NCBI GenBank assembly: GCA_973895155.1 | Contig: OZ316891.1 | Coordinates: 5,985,708-6,049,707, forward strand | Direction of reading: 5' to 3' | DNA length: 64,000 nucleotides | From: Marsupella aquatica | Taxonomy: Eukaryota; Plantae; Marchantiophyta | Shown here: positions 12,601 through 26,199 of the stretch, piece by piece | How the letters are laid out: the number at the start of each line of letters is the position of its first letter | Position numbering within the stretch: position 1 is the stretch's first letter | Notes under the pieces: generated by a model | The model's input: the letters and a program-made list of their open reading frames with translations, nothing else | Told to the model about the DNA's origin: nothing | The model's database searches: none | Position numbers and translations under genes: made by a program

Positions 12601-14769
12601 GAAAGATCCTTGAAATAAAATCAAATTTCAGTCTCTGGTCTCTGGTCTTCCATCCATGCAATGGAGATGGTCAAAGTCAGCTCTGTCTAAAATAAAACAT
12701 GCAATAAAGTAGAATATCATTCATTCTAAACTTTTTCAAAAGCCATTATGTACTATACTCAATTTTATAAAGCTGTGCTTAATCTTGACTAATGTGGCGC
12801 CCACAACTGCCAGAGTGATGTAGACCAAGTCAACTCTTCCACTCTCAAACATGGATAGAGTATTGGGGGGAAATTGGGAGCTACAGTAAGTTGAGACTGG
12901 AAAGTGGACCATCACACCTCCCTGGACCCTGGTGGCCTTCATGTTCACTGTTCACATCATCATGCAAGAGAGAACGAAATGATCACGCAACTTTTCCATG
13001 AAGCTTATGACTAGCTATACTTTTCAACTCTTCAATATTTTTGAACTAATGAGAAGTGCCTTCCTTTTGTCTCGATCAGTTCTTCAATCTCCCCACTTAT
13101 TGGGTCTCCTGCCTTGGATGGCGGCTCTTCGTTGGGGGTGTTCTGTCGTTTTTTTCAGTGTGCTACATACTATTTTTGCTTATTGTGTTAGAGAAGATCA
13201 ATGATCGATGGGATCCACCACTAATTCGGAACTTATTTTGCAACAGATGATGAAAATCATAGTATTGAAGAGCAGATTCAAGAGTTAAAATACTTTCAAA
13301 ATATGTGCTGTAGTATTGTGTCTAGGAGTGTGAGGTATTAAATACGGATCTTACAATCAGCAGCGAATTCAATATGACCCCAGTCAAGAATCAAGATTGA
13401 ATTAAGACCCTAAATAAACTTGATTAGTGTACTAAATGCATTAATTGTCCCACATTAATGAGGATGCGAACTCTTGACTCGAGATGTTTTTGGCGCCAGA
13501 ATTCTTTGTGGAAGGAATGGGAATCATTTGATTCATCCCGCTTTGGTAGCTTCCTCAAGAAGCTTCTGCTCAGCATTCGATTTCTGCTCTGCTCTGCTCT
13601 GCTCATTCCATTTCTGCTCTGCTCTGCACTTTCCATTTTGCTCTTCTCTGCTCATTACATTTCTGCTCTGTAGTGCTTGGTTTGAAGTAGCAGTGATTAT
13701 ACTCTTCACTGCAGTGAATTCGCTGAAATGCTGGAGTGTGAGTCCGAATCTGGTGTTGCAGTTCCAAACGATCCCAATTGATAGATGGGTTTTCCGAATG
13801 CCCGAGGAAATTTAGGTGACACATGAATTTGGGCACTGTTTTTCCTGGATGACCCAACAAAGCAGACCGACCAATTCAAAGCGTTTGAGAAACGTTGAGG
13901 AATCTGGCGCAGATTGCCAATGAGCGAGAGAGCTGACGGATTTCGGGAGGTGCTGTGGATGCGCCCAATTGACGATTCGAATTTGTAGGATTGGATGGAC
14001 CCAGGCGAATGATTGATTGCAAGCATTCTCCTGAAAGTCCGAAGAATCCACTCACTCCACCAGGTGCTGTCACTGCCACAGTCCAATTCTGCTGTTCCCT
14101 CTTCACATTCCAATTAGTCGGGGATGAGATTGAGGAATCACTTGGCTTTTGGAAACTGAGGGAGAAAACGAGATTTTCGAGGATTTGGGACGAAATTCGA
14201 AATGTTTTTCTCTCTCTGATGCGATTTCCCTACCAGCGATTCAAGCTGGAAAATATGTTCATGAAAGAATTGTTTCTCGCAATCCGTTCACGAAATCTTA
14301 GGGCATGTGTGACGGCAAGCCCAAACAGGATTGAGGCTCACTTGTCCCGTGACGAAAGGTTGTGTGAGGACAATGCCCATCCACAGTAGTACACCATCCT
14401 TTCCTGAGTGAAAGTCTCCACCTTCTTCAGGATTTTTTTCATAGTAGAAGGTTCGTTTCATGGGCTTTGGGATGCTTGCGTCGGACCCAATTTTTGTGTG
14501 CTCTTACTCGAATGCATCATTAAATAAGTCAATTATCTACTTTAGTGACATTGCAGCTTATCTGACGTCTTTTTCTGATGTGATCCTCCTGCCGCAGCTG
14601 AAACGGGTGTCAAATAACCTGTTGCCACTCTTTGCAATATGAGTCAACCGAGAGGGGAGTAGAAGTTCTTGAGTTTGCTCGGACAGAGCAAATTGGCCAG
14701 GATCTGAGCTGGGCTTTAGCTGAGGAGGTTGAAACGAGGTGGAAGTTAGTCTCCGTTGCTGCTCCGAAT

Positions 14770-17700
14770 ATGGCCAGGAATAAGGTAAACAGTCCATCTT
14801 GCAGTGTGGACTCTTGAAATGACAAACTTGTGGCAGACCCTGCGGTTACCTTCGTTGTTGTGGACCGAATTACATCAATTTTTGTGATTGTTTTCAAGGA
14901 CGATGAGTAACAACTTGTAATGTCACAGGAGACTTTGGTTCTACTGCTGGACGTTGGCCCGACAATGCACCAACATCTTGAGTACATGTGCAAAGCTGTC
15001 TCTGCTCTAGTGCATAGAAAGGTATGCCTCCTTGTTCCGCATTCATGTTGGTTATTATCTTGCTGCTCTTGAATCTATGCGATTTGAAACAATGGTCATC
15101 ATAATTTTTACAGCTCCACTAGAGAAACTACCTCTGGTGGACGTATATAACTGGCTTACAACATCTTTACATAAACCTCTTTGCTAATGGAGCTTCCATT
15201 CTTTACAGCTGGTTCACAATAAATTCGATGAAGTGGCAGTGGTATACTTCGGCGCGGACGGTAAGCCTAATTTCATTTCTAAGAAATGTCGGCCATTTGT
15301 GATACAATCTTTGTTGACTGCTCCCGAGTATTTTAGAACATAGATCGTTTTCTCTTCTACGTTTCTGCGTCATTTCTGAAAACTTTCTTGATGCAAGATT
15401 GTAGGTTTTGTGATTCGGCAATGTAGAGAGGCTAACTCCCATCGCAGTTGATTTTAATGGAAAGTGATTTGGTCTTGGCTAATCACATTGGCTCTCTTTT
15501 CTGAGATTTGGGCTTCCTTGCAGACACCAACAATGCGCTTAGTGAGACACTTGATGGCTACGAAAATATTGTGGTTTCTCGCCCCATCTCTGTGATCTCG
15601 GAGGATTTAGCGCAAACGGTGGATAGTCTGCCAAGGGGTTTCGGCCTTAGTGACTGTATCCTCATTGATTATGCACTGCATCTTCATCTCTTGAAAACGT
15701 AATCGATACTTGTGTTTTCATTCTTTGGAGGCAAGTTTGTTTGTTCATCCTTAATTTCCAACAGTTGTCAGTGCGGTTGTGGTAGGAATGGATATGATTG
15801 TCACCAAATTGGGACCCAATTCAAAAGGTAATAAGCGACTCTGCTTAATCACGGATGGGGAGACTCTTGTGAAAGAGCCTGATGAAGGGACTAAGGAGGA
15901 TCAAGTGATCACATTAGCTGGTCAGATGCAGCAGCTGGGTGTAAGTATGGATGCAGTGGTAATTCGACTGAGAGGTCCTAGTAATTCATTGCAGTCCAAA
16001 TCTAGTCAAGAGAATGAGTTTCTCCTTCGGAAATTCGCATCATGCACCAAGGGAGAGCTAATCCTCACCGAGACTTACACGTCTCTTCTTGGAGCTATAA
16101 GAACTCGACAAGTGTCTCCCACAACTATTTACCGAGGAGATTTGGAGCTGACACCAAACATGTCAGTGAAGGTAGTGGCCCTCTCGTCAATTCTGTGAAG
16201 ACGGATTGCTTCGAAATCTACGTTCATCACATTTCCACATTTTCTCGAATGTGTGTTGTCTACATAAAGATGAGCATTTTTGCTTGGTAGGAAGTGGTGG
16301 CTTACAGCCTGGAAGGTGCTAGAAGGACTAAGTAATACTTCATCTATCGGAAAGCTTTCAGAGGCACTTTGTTTTATTTGACAAAGAGAATACTAGGTTG
16401 GGATACAGTTTGCATAGAGCAGCAAGAAGTTTGGTCCCTTGAACAGGTGTGTATGGTCTCGTGAAAGAAGTTCATCACTAATTTATGGCCAGAAATGGGC
16501 TTCTTATGCATCATATCCTGAAAATCAAATTTCAAATTCAGGAAATGTTGTACTCTGATGGCGAATGATTCAATGATAGAACCTGGTGGAGAAACAGATG
16601 ACTTTTTTCTCTTGTGACAGTCCCTGAAGTTAGTGGCCTCATCTGACTGGATTTTATTAAACAAGGATGTTGTAACTTGATTAGCAGGTATGGGTCTATA
16701 AGAAAGTCAGCCCAGAAAGATTACCATTCTTGAAATTATACTCAGATGAGGATCGTAGCGGAAACCCACTTGCAACTCATACGGTTATGTTGCAAACTGA
16801 CTACAAAGGCGAGGGCAATCGTGATGCACCTCCAGAGCAGCGAGTCAAGGCATACAAATATGGTCCTCAGTTTGTTCCTATCTCCTCGAAAGAGGAGGAA
16901 TTTCTGAAATTCAAGACTGAGAAGGGTCTCAAGGTTATTGGATTCACCGATTCCTCCAATGTTCCTAGGTCAGTAACCACCTTTTTGCTCTCCCGTTCTC
17001 TAACTTTTGCTTCTCGTTCATTCGGGAAATTTTACTACAATCCTGCACCCATCTAATATAAGAAAATTCGTGCTTGAAACACTCAGACACTACTATATGA
17101 AGGAGGCCAATGTATTCGTACCTGAGCCAGGAAATGCAAGGTCTGCCGTAGCAGTCTCAAGCCTTGTTAGAGCAATGGCAGAAACTCGGAAGGTTGCCAT
17201 TGTTCGCTGTGTGTGGAGAGCAGGACAAACAAGTGTTGTCCTAGGGGTTCTGACACCAAATCCGTCCAATGAGGATGACGTTGTAAGCTGCTTGTTTTTC
17301 GTCGTTCAATGTGTGTCTTACAGTAGATTCCAACTTCTCTTGTAATTTCTACGTCAAGTTTGGATTAGGTCTTGTGGATTGCAAAATTTAATCATTCCTC
17401 GTTATATATGGATAAGCACCCTCGTTCTCATGAGTTTACAAATTGCAGGTTTTACTGAGAATGTAAGGGTCCATTCAGATTGAGGATGCTGAGTTTGATA
17501 CCTTGAGGAAGATAGGCTTCTCATGGAAACATGTTGCAAAACTTCTCGGTTGAGCTTGGTTGAAACGATTCTAAGCTGGGTCTTTCTATTCAGGCTGATT
17601 GTTTCTACTTCAACATTTTGCCATTCCATGAAGATCTACGTCAGTACGTATTTGCCTCATTCAATAACCTTCCAGCTACTCATCAGCCAACTAATATCCA

Positions 17701-19351
17701 GCAAGAGGCAGCCGATGCCCTCGTACAAATGATGGATCTAGCCCCCTTTACCCTCGAGGAGATGTTGAGACCAGAGCGGACAGTGAACCCTGTTCTTCAG
17801 GTGTGTTTGTTTCTTCTTTGATCTTCACAATCTGAATATATACAACCTCTTCATGGTTACCTTTTCCTTGATTGGATGGCATAACACGGGTTGTCCTTGT
17901 CCAGCGTTTCTACAGTTTCCTCCACCTGAAGTCCGTGGACCCTGATGCAAGAGTCCCACCTTTAGATGGTGCACTAGCGAGGATTGTGGAGCCAGATCAA
18001 AGTTATCTTGCTGCAAACGAGTCTTCATTACAAAGTTTCTCTCAACAATTTACTCTTAGTTACAACACACAGGTTTGTCTACTGTCCTGCACATTTATCA
18101 GAATTGGTCAACTTCCTACCTTCAGATTGATTGCTGTGGTCTTTTCTTTAAACGATCTGGCTTACAAGGAGACCTTGTATTACTTTATTGCTACCTTACA
18201 TATTAACCTATCAGTGGCCTTCACTTGAGCAAGAACTATATCTTCTTGGCACAAGTTGCCAGTAGTTTTTCCAGTAGACTCAAATGGATCAAAGTCCATT
18301 TTCATTTGTGTGAATTGGGACGTATGGTGCAGAAGGAAAAGGGACGTAGATTTTGGCGGGAGGGCCTGGAAGAAGGGGAAGCTAGACCTCTGCTCCTGGA
18401 ACCAGGAGAGGACCCTCCGCAGTTAGAAGATCAGAAACCCCTATCCCTCGACTTCCTGACCGACAAGAAAGTGGAAGATGTTGGAAGCGTGAACCCAGTT
18501 GAAGACTTTGAGGCTATGCTTGCTCGTCGGGATAGTGATCAATGGATACCTAAGGCTATGAAAGGAATGAAAAAGATTATCTCTGACCTCCTGAGTTCGG
18601 CCTACAATGGGAACACATTCGATAAGGCAATGGCTTGCCTCGTTGCTCTACGAGCAGGCTGTGTCATCCACGAAGTAGGTTTCTAGGGTGCATATTTCCA
18701 AGATGTTGGTTCATGTAATTGCCAGTCTGTTGCATTACTTTGTACCTAGCATTAATTAATTACACTATTTTTTCATTCATTAGTTCGCCTTATTCAGATT
18801 ATAATCTGCAGACGCTGCCTTGTTGGTAAGTGTTTAGGGTTCATGAGTCAAATCAGAGATTGCGATGAAGGGCTTACAATTACTTCAGTGAATGCATGTA
18901 GACTGGCCTAATTGTATTCTGTTTTCAATGGTTGCTGTTTGTCAATAGGAGCCTAAGGACTTCAACTCATTCCTCGAAGAAATAGCTGAGAAGTGCCGGA
19001 GTAAGAGGCTAAGTGATTTCTGGCAACTAGTCGTTCAAAAAAACATCTCTCTCATCAGCAAAGAGGAAACACCCGACAGGTACAATGCTGATTTTATTAG
19101 AAACATGCTATGCTAGTGCATTTGCTCTTTGGATTCTCTTAGTCTTTCTTTCCCTTTCTTGGAGTCATTCGTTCCACGAGTCTTACGGTGACCTGCTGCT
19201 TTCTAATTCTGATTGTTTCTGCTCTCTGCGTACCAGCGAGGTCACGCAAGACGAGGCAGCGTCGTTTTTGAGCGGCCGGACAAATGAAACTAAGGACATC
19301 AAAGAGGAGGAAATCGATGAAATGGAAGCTCTCTTTGATGACATAATCTGA
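14770..19351 (+). CDS. KU80: Ku80 (ATP-dependent DNA helicase 2 subunit KU80), 12 coding exons: 14770-14784, 14929-15021, 15209-15260, 15524-15655, 15765-16171, 16688-16968, 17087-17282, 17594-17800, 17905-18072, 18333-18674, 18949-19079, 19237-19351
   Basis: Exons join in frame across GT..AG introns: MARNKETLVLLLDVGPTM (vWA), KRLCLITDG, VWVYKK, KAYKYGPQFVP, VAIVRCVWR, FYFNILPFHEDLRQYVF, NPVLQRFY, NPVEDFEAML, KAMACLVALR, FWQLV..ISLISKEE..SEVTQDEAASFL. Confidence 0.95.
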
Positions 19352-21225
19352 GGCGTTGCCCTGTGGAGTTTTCCACATGTGAGAAGAAAGGTGTCAAGAA
19401 ATGGATATTGTACATAATTTCGAAACAGAACAAAGCACGCCCGAGCTTATATGAGTCTTCAAGCAGCAAGCGGTCATTTTGGGTAGAACTCAATTACTTC
19501 ATAAGTTCCGGGAATTTTCTCTTGGGTGTCTCATGAATTTTGTTCATGTCCCAGGAAGATGAACCAATTGTATTAGGAATTGATAGGTACTGCGTGACCA
19601 TACATGAATACTCTGATTGACTTGCGGAATTGACAAGATGTTGGCCAAAACCTCGAGTTGTACCAGAAATCATAACAAGAGTCCATCTTTGGCGGAATAT
19701 TCAGAAGTAAAAGGATTTGGCGTTGTGACTCAGCAGCGATTTTCAGTCCACAGCTTCAAGATCTGTGGCTGCAGGGTCCCGAATTTCTCATTAGCCCATG
19801 TGATTGTTCTGACCACAATCTCCGTGTGAATGTTTCTCCAAATGTAAAAGCTAACGCAAACAAGACAGTATAGCTTTCCTCTGCTCACAACGATAACATT
19901 TAGGCAAAACCTCTGACCAGAACACGACCACCAGAAGAAAGCGAATCCCATCTAGTTTTCCTCCGTTCACAGACATGACATCAACGCAAGGACTGTAAGT
20001 GCAACACGATCACCTGAAGAAAACGAATGGGGATGATGCTGCAACCTGGCCACACCGAAGGCTATGGGTAACGACTCCTGATCTTGTGTAGTCTCTATAA
20101 GTATCTGTCACTGCAAAAGAGTTGCTGCATCTACCAGAAGCATTATCGCTTTGGAGGAATCGGTGAATTCACCGATTCACCGATTCCTCCAATGTTCAAA
20201 ATTCGCTACAACTGGAAGCATTATCGCTTTGAAATTCTCTGTCAACCCCATTAGAAAGGAGTCCTTGTCTTACATGCCTGCGTGTATGCCCTCTTCAGGG
20301 GTACGATCGAAACCTAACAAATATGTACAACTACAAAATCCTGCTACCTAAAATTATCTCTGTGGAACTCCTTGAAAGCGAATCACGATGCTTTGGCCGA
20401 CGTTTCTTTCTGAGTAGACGTCCCTCTCTCCTCGGAAACCATCTTCTCACCTACGTATTACCCTTGCACTCATTCTCCCCCTGCGTCCCAACAGTTTTCT
20501 ATATTCCTGAGGTCCTACTCTCTCATCTTTTCCAATTGTAGTCTCTTATCTCTTCTACTTGAACCCTCGTTCTCTTTCTAGTGCAAACTTGCCCCTTTCC
20601 TACAAGCGTATTAACAGAGGAGCAGGTGGGGAGAGAGAAGCTTTGGGGGTGTAGCGGTGGAGTATTAATTGTCTCCTCTGTCGCTGGCTGGCCACTGTGT
20701 GACCCCGATTTAATGCTCCTTTCCTCCAAGGTACAGGATCCTCTGGCACAGGATCCTCTGGCTGGATCCCTGTGGGCTACCCTACAGTCATGCATACTCC
20801 GATGATAATCGTACAGGATGGATGGATTTCCTACTCGGTTCCAAGGAAAAAGAGGAGCAGCTGGGGAAAGTGACGCGCACCCCATTTCACAGAAACGAGG
20901 ACATTGTAATTCGAAGAGAAAGGAGTCCTCCAACACCATCTCTCTCTGTCCCGTTAACTGACTTTGGAAAGGAACGAAGTAAGGCACTTCACATGATTCA
21001 ATTGTACCGGCATGCCGGGTCCAATCCACCAGTCAGTCCTGAGTGGTTCGACTAGGGTAAGCTAGAAGCAGTCAACTGAGCAAAACCTTGTCATGACACA
21101 TTGAACCACCTATTTCGCCATCCAGCCGTCTGAGAAGCACTTTTATAGCCATGTTTCTCAGCGCAGTTCAATTTCTAGCAGACAAAAATCGTTCTCGCTC
21201 TCTCCTTCCTGAAAAGCATTGCAGC

Positions 21226-21768
21226 TCATCCTCGAAAGCTGTTGCCAAATATGCCGTGGCCTTGAGGGGACGAGAAGTTGGGCAGCAGCAGCTTGGAATT
21301 GGACGGGTCAGGGACCCACTGCACTCTGCTCATGTTAGGGTTCTCCACAAAAGTCATGGTGAACTGGCCGACCTTCTCTAGCTGCCCTTTCTTCCCTGCT
21401 CGCAACACCATGTTGCTCTTCTGGTACGAGAAGAGCCCATTTGTGAGGCGGACGACGTCGCTGGGCTGGAAGGCTTCGCATTCCGGGCCCCATAGCTGGA
21501 GATGCACGGCTGCAGTCGAGTCTGCCACCAACGCCACAGACACAAGGGGACCCCCCTCTCCGCTCATCCTCGAGGCCTGGCCCTTCTCGAGGATGATGAA
21601 CTTCGTGTGCACATTGCTGCTCACGGAGGGTCGCAAATCGCGCAGCTCACAGAGCTTGGGCGCTGGTACTTGCTGCAGCTGTTGTAGTTGCTGTTGTAAT
21701 TGTTGCTGTTGCTGAAGCTGAAGCTGCTGGGCTGGTGCTGCCAATGTCGACCCTGCAGACTGCTGCAT
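21226..21768 (-). CDS. SOSS complex subunit B homolog (NABP/hSSB-type OB-fold ssDNA-binding protein) with N-terminal poly-Q
   Basis: LRDLRP..NVHTKFIILEKG...ALVADSTAAVHLQLWG.ECEAFQPSDVVRLTNGLFS...LRAGKKGQLEKVGQFTMTFVENPNMS is the SOSS-B signature. The first ATG is at 21768 (MQQSAG); the gene is intronless. Confidence 0.9.
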   Translation of the reverse strand: MQQSAGSTLAAPAQQLQLQQQQQLQQQLQQLQQVPAPKLCELRDLRPSVSSNVHTKFIILEKGQASRMSGEGGPLVSVALVADSTAAVHLQLWGPECEAFQPSDVVRLTNGLFSYQKSNMVLRAGKKGQLEKVGQFTMTFVENPNMSRVQWVPDPSNSKLLLPNFSSPQGHGIFGNSFRG

Positions 21769-22042
21769 TGTCTCTCTTTCAATTGGATTTCTTCCGAATT
21801 CGTCCGAGCTGCCTGCGTCTCTTGGGCTCCTCCTTCCTGCCTCTGGATTTACAGTTCTGTGCAAGACCTCTAACGCTTTCTCTCTGGAGAAACAGTGCTA
21901 CCTACAGAGTACCTGCCTTTCCCTTGTCTGGTTAAAGATCAAGCTTCCTTCTCTTCTTGTGCTTCCTTCCACGTCTGTCCTATGCTTCTCTCGTGCTTCT
22001 TTCCACCTCACACTTCCACTCTTCTCTTCTGCTTCTCTTGTG

Positions 22043-22183
22043 CTCCTTTCCACCTCTGTCTTCTCTTCTTCTTGGAGGCAATTACTATTCTCCGTAAGGC
22101 ACTTCCCTGCTTCTCTGCTGCTTTTCTTGAGCTCCTTTCCACCTCTGTCTTCTCTTCTTCTTGGAGGCAATTACTATTCTCCC
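22043..22183. repeat. Direct repeat (~50 bp x2) in CT-rich region upstream of SOSS-B
   Basis: ctcctttccacctctgtcttctcttcttcttggaggcaattactattctcc occurs twice, ~89 bp apart. Confidence 0.8.
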
Positions 22184-22525
22184 CTAAGGATGAGGCTTCT
22201 AGTGTTAGAGAGGGTCATTGTAACATGCGAGTAAACACTATTTTTTTTGTTTTTACTCACTAATAAAATTAAGATTGTTCATCACTATTAATCCTAAACT
22301 ATAATACAAGGTTGCGCCCTTTTATACCCTGGTCGTCATTCAAATATAGAGTGTCCAAAAAAAGATTCCAGCAAAAGAAGAAGAAATAAATAAAAGATAA
22401 TAAAGTTTAGTGTGAATGAAAAGGGAAGGAACACTCTGCAAAAAGGAAACTGTGAAATCTCAAATATAGAGTGTCCAAAAAAAGATTCCAGCAAAAGAAG
22501 AAACTCATGCCCACCGGGTGAGTGC

Positions 22526-24841
22526 TGTCACCACCCCCCTCTCATGGGCAAGCATACAAACGTTTACAATAAGGTTTGAACACTAGTGACAAGGTGACAA
22601 GGGCAAATGTTTCCACAACGAAACCGACCACATGCACTAGGGGAGGAAAACAAACAACACAAGCAACAACAAGTGACACACAAAATATTGGAACCTTAAG
22701 CCAAATCCATATCTCTTGGTGTTTCCCGTAACACATGCAAGCCAGGACAACCCGACCTCCTGCCGTCTGCCCAACTCCTGCCTCCCTGGGACAAGTGCTA
22801 CGTTCTCCACCTCACTACTCTGGCTTGAACTTCACTTAATCGGTGCGCTACTCACAAAAGCTACTCAAAAGCATCAAAGCACTACGCTGAGTTCCCCCCC
22901 TCACTACTCCGGGGCTCTCCCCCTAAATACTCAAAACAACACACCAAAGCACCCCTCACGGGGTCACAAGGATGGCGGCCACCCTAGTGGCGCTGCTAAA
23001 ACCCTTCACGAAAGAAACCCCTAATCCTAAAGCATGCAGCACACACATGCTCCTAAAACCCTAATCTAACTATGGGACCGACGGTGCCTTTGACCGCAAA
23101 AAATGCAAGGGACCCCACAATTGCCGAAACTTGGTGCCACTATGATTTCACCTCTGAGCTCACCTCTGGGTAGCCCTGCTCCCCCTGATCATGAATCACC
23201 AAACTGCTCCCAAAACGGACGTCGAACGACCAAGTTATGGTCGTTTCAGTATCACTTACATACCAACTTCGCCGGGCCCTAACTTACTCATCTTGGCTCC
23301 GTTTGAGGAGCGCCGCCTCTTGTTGGAATCAGCTCCGCGAGCTCTTTCCAACAAGCCCGTGAGTGCACATTTCCAAAAAGTTTCACAATCCCGAGGTCGT
23401 ACGGCTACCCTAGTCCTCCTCCTCCTCACTCACGGTGCCCTAGCTTGAGCCCCGTGAGTTGGTCTCCTCATTAGTCTTCCTCACTCACGGTGCCCTGGCT
23501 TGATCCCCGTGAGTTGGTCTCCTCATCAGTCTTCCTCACTCACGGTGCCCTGGCTTGAGCCCCGTGAGTTGGTCTCCTCATCGCTCTCCACTGGTCCACC
23601 ATAAAAGGAGGGGCCCCTACAATTGTCGAAACTAAAATTTTCTCAGAATTCATTTCTGAAAACATATCTGAGGAGCCCTCCTCTTCCTGATCACGGCTCC
23701 GTAAACGGTGCACAAAACGGAGGTCAAACGGCCAAGATATGGTCGTTTAAGTTTTCACGGGGCACCGTCTCCCTCCGTTTCGTCCGTACAACACCAGGGG
23801 GCCCCGGCTTTGCAAAACACGGAACACGGATCACGGGTTCCCCGTATGTGCTGCTACCTCCTCTTTCCCTTGCAAAGCCGGGACCTCCTGCCGTACGGAC
23901 GTCCGTACGGCCTCAAAACTCCCGTATTCTCAAAAAAACGCGATCTGTTGTATCTCCCCCGTCTTAGCTCCGTTTTGGCCGTGTAACACATCGTTGGATT
24001 CAGCTCGGCGAGCTCTTTCCAACAAGCCCGTAGACTCCTGATTTTGAGATGGTTGAAAATCTGATGTTCATACAACCAGGGTCCGTACACATGTTGAAAG
24101 CAAGCACAAGAGTGAAAGGGTTTAGGGTTTAGGTATGGATGGAAACCCCACAAGTGAGAATAGAGAAAAAGGGAATGAAGAAAGTGTGAGGGCCCCTTCT
24201 ACGGTGGCCCTTCTACGGTGGGGAAGAGAAAGAGAGCAAAAAAACATGTGAGGACCACACAAAGGGTGAAGGGGAACACAAGTGTGGGAACCCCTTCCTT
24301 CTAAGGGTCCTCCCACCATCACTACTCCAAGATTGCCTAGTTTGCCGTTTTACGGGCGTTGAGGTCCCTCGAGATATCACTGTTTGATATAGACCTCAAA
24401 TCAACTAGAGAACCTCAGTTTCGCATGGGGCTCATTGAGGGCTTCAAAATGAATCCAAACATGACCATGTTTGGAATAGTACTAGCGTAGCAACGTCTGT
24501 TTTAAGTTTCAACGTTTTCTATATTTTGGTCATTCTTCCCGTTTTGCGCCTTACGTGGAGCCTCCGACCAGCCCCCACCCCTCCAAGATGCCCACACCTT
24601 GGCTCCAAGTCCTTGGGCTGCCTTGTGGCCTCCTTGTACCCCCTCAATGGTTCCCTTGTCATCCATCACCGCCCGACACCCTCTCAACTCCGGCCTTCGG
24701 TTGTCGCATCCATTTATTAGAACTAACAAAAATAAAAACTTTGAAAATCTAAACACTTTTACTACACCTACTTGTCTTTCTACTTATATATGCAATTATA
24801 AGTCATCACTAAGTTACTACCAGGTTTGCGGCCCTGTCACA
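22526..24841. mobile_element. Probable solo/partial Ty3-gypsy-type long LTR
   Basis: Begins TGTCAC and ends TGTCACA and is non-coding. It has internally duplicated motifs (gctccgttt...ttgga.tcagct..gcgagctctttccaacaagcccg at ~23295 and ~23967; aaacgga.gtc.aacg.ccaag.tatggtcgttt at ~23214 and ~23716) of a kind common in plant gypsy LTRs. No TSD was found. Confidence 0.4.
23424..23582. repeat. 55-bp tandem repeat x~2.9, each unit containing a hairpin
   Basis: cctcactcacggtgccct(a/g)gcttga(g/t)ccccgtgagttggtctcctcat.agtctt starts at 23424, 23479 and 23534; ctcacgg/ccgtgag is an inverted pair. Confidence 0.9.
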
Positions 24842-26199
24842 CGAGGACCGGGTTCCTACTGGGTTTTTTTTTGTCCTTGCGCATGGAGGCCGGCCTGACA
24901 AAATGCAACAATCCTCTGCCCTAACTCATCTCCAAAAATATTGGAGTTTTTTTAGTTAACAACATATTTTACTTGACAACACCTTTTACTAAGGATGTCT
25001 CATTACTTACACACATATTTCAATTGGCGTAACCACATCTTTGACATAATGTCATCTTTTTAATACTTAACAACATCTTTTATGCCACAGTATTTTACCT
25101 ATTAACAACATCTTTTACGCCATGACATCTTTTACACAATGACATATTTTTACTTAACGACATCTCTGATGCCACTACATATATTTACTTAACAACATCT
25201 TTTATGGAAAAGTATACGCACAGGTATTGAGCTATTAACTTCTATAATACAAGGTTGCGCCTTTTTTGCCATAGTCGTCAGACATTCAAATTTGCAGGGC
25301 ACAAAAAATAAAAAATCTGGTAGAAGGAAGGAATATAAATAAATAAATTTTAGTTTAGTATGAATGAAAAAAGTCACGCCAATGTTCAAGTAGGAGGAAT
25401 CAAATGGGGTGTCACTAACACATGCAATGCACAAGGATAAGGAGAAAATATTGTACATACTCAATAAGGTGTAGATACTCAATAGAGTGAGATAGTGCAT
25501 AGTTTAGTGTAATATTGGTAGGAGTTAAATTTTAGATACTATTTTAGTCAATAAGGGACTGCATAGACTCATCAAATAAAACAATAATTCTCCCAATGTT
25601 TAGGATGATTTTTTACATTCATTTTTTGTGCCATTTTCACTGCCAAAAAATAAACAATTATAAGGTCTAAAGACATAGTAAAGATCATGGCATTGGCATT
25701 GATGGCAAGGTGTCTGGCGAGGGGCAGGCACACTTTTACTTGACAACATCTTTTTACTTCACAATATCTTTCACATAACAAACCATTTGGCACCACATCA
25801 TCTTTTTATTCATGACATCTTTCACATAACAACATTTTTCTTTCACATAACAACATCTTTGGCAAAACAACTTCTTTTTTGTTAGTTACGCCAATTTTTT
25901 ACTTGACGACAACTATTTACTTGATGACAACTTTTTACTTGACGACATGTTTGGCAAAATGACTTCTTTTTTCTTAACGACGTCTTTTACTTGACAACGG
26001 GCTTGACAACATCTTTCACATAACTACATCTTTGAATTGGCAAAACAACTTCATTGTTCTGAACAACATGGTTTTACTCCACGACATCTTGGGCGACACA
26101 ACATCTTTTGTGCAACGCACGGGAGTTGAACTATTTTGTACTTAACAACATTATTATACTTAACAAAACCTTTGGCATAACGCGTTATGACATCATTGG

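Noticed and set aside
13424-14389. Cluster of ORFs upstream of KU80, possible divergent gene
   Set aside because: Partly a (CTCTG)n low-complexity tract. It looks leader-like on the minus strand, but no coding exons could be identified.
20523-21029. 168-aa minus-strand ORF after SOSS-B
   Set aside because: No motifs and no ATG start; probably 3' UTR.
23424-23582. CRISPR-like array of palindromic repeats
   Set aside because: Whole units are repeated with no unique spacers, the context is eukaryotic and there are no cas genes.
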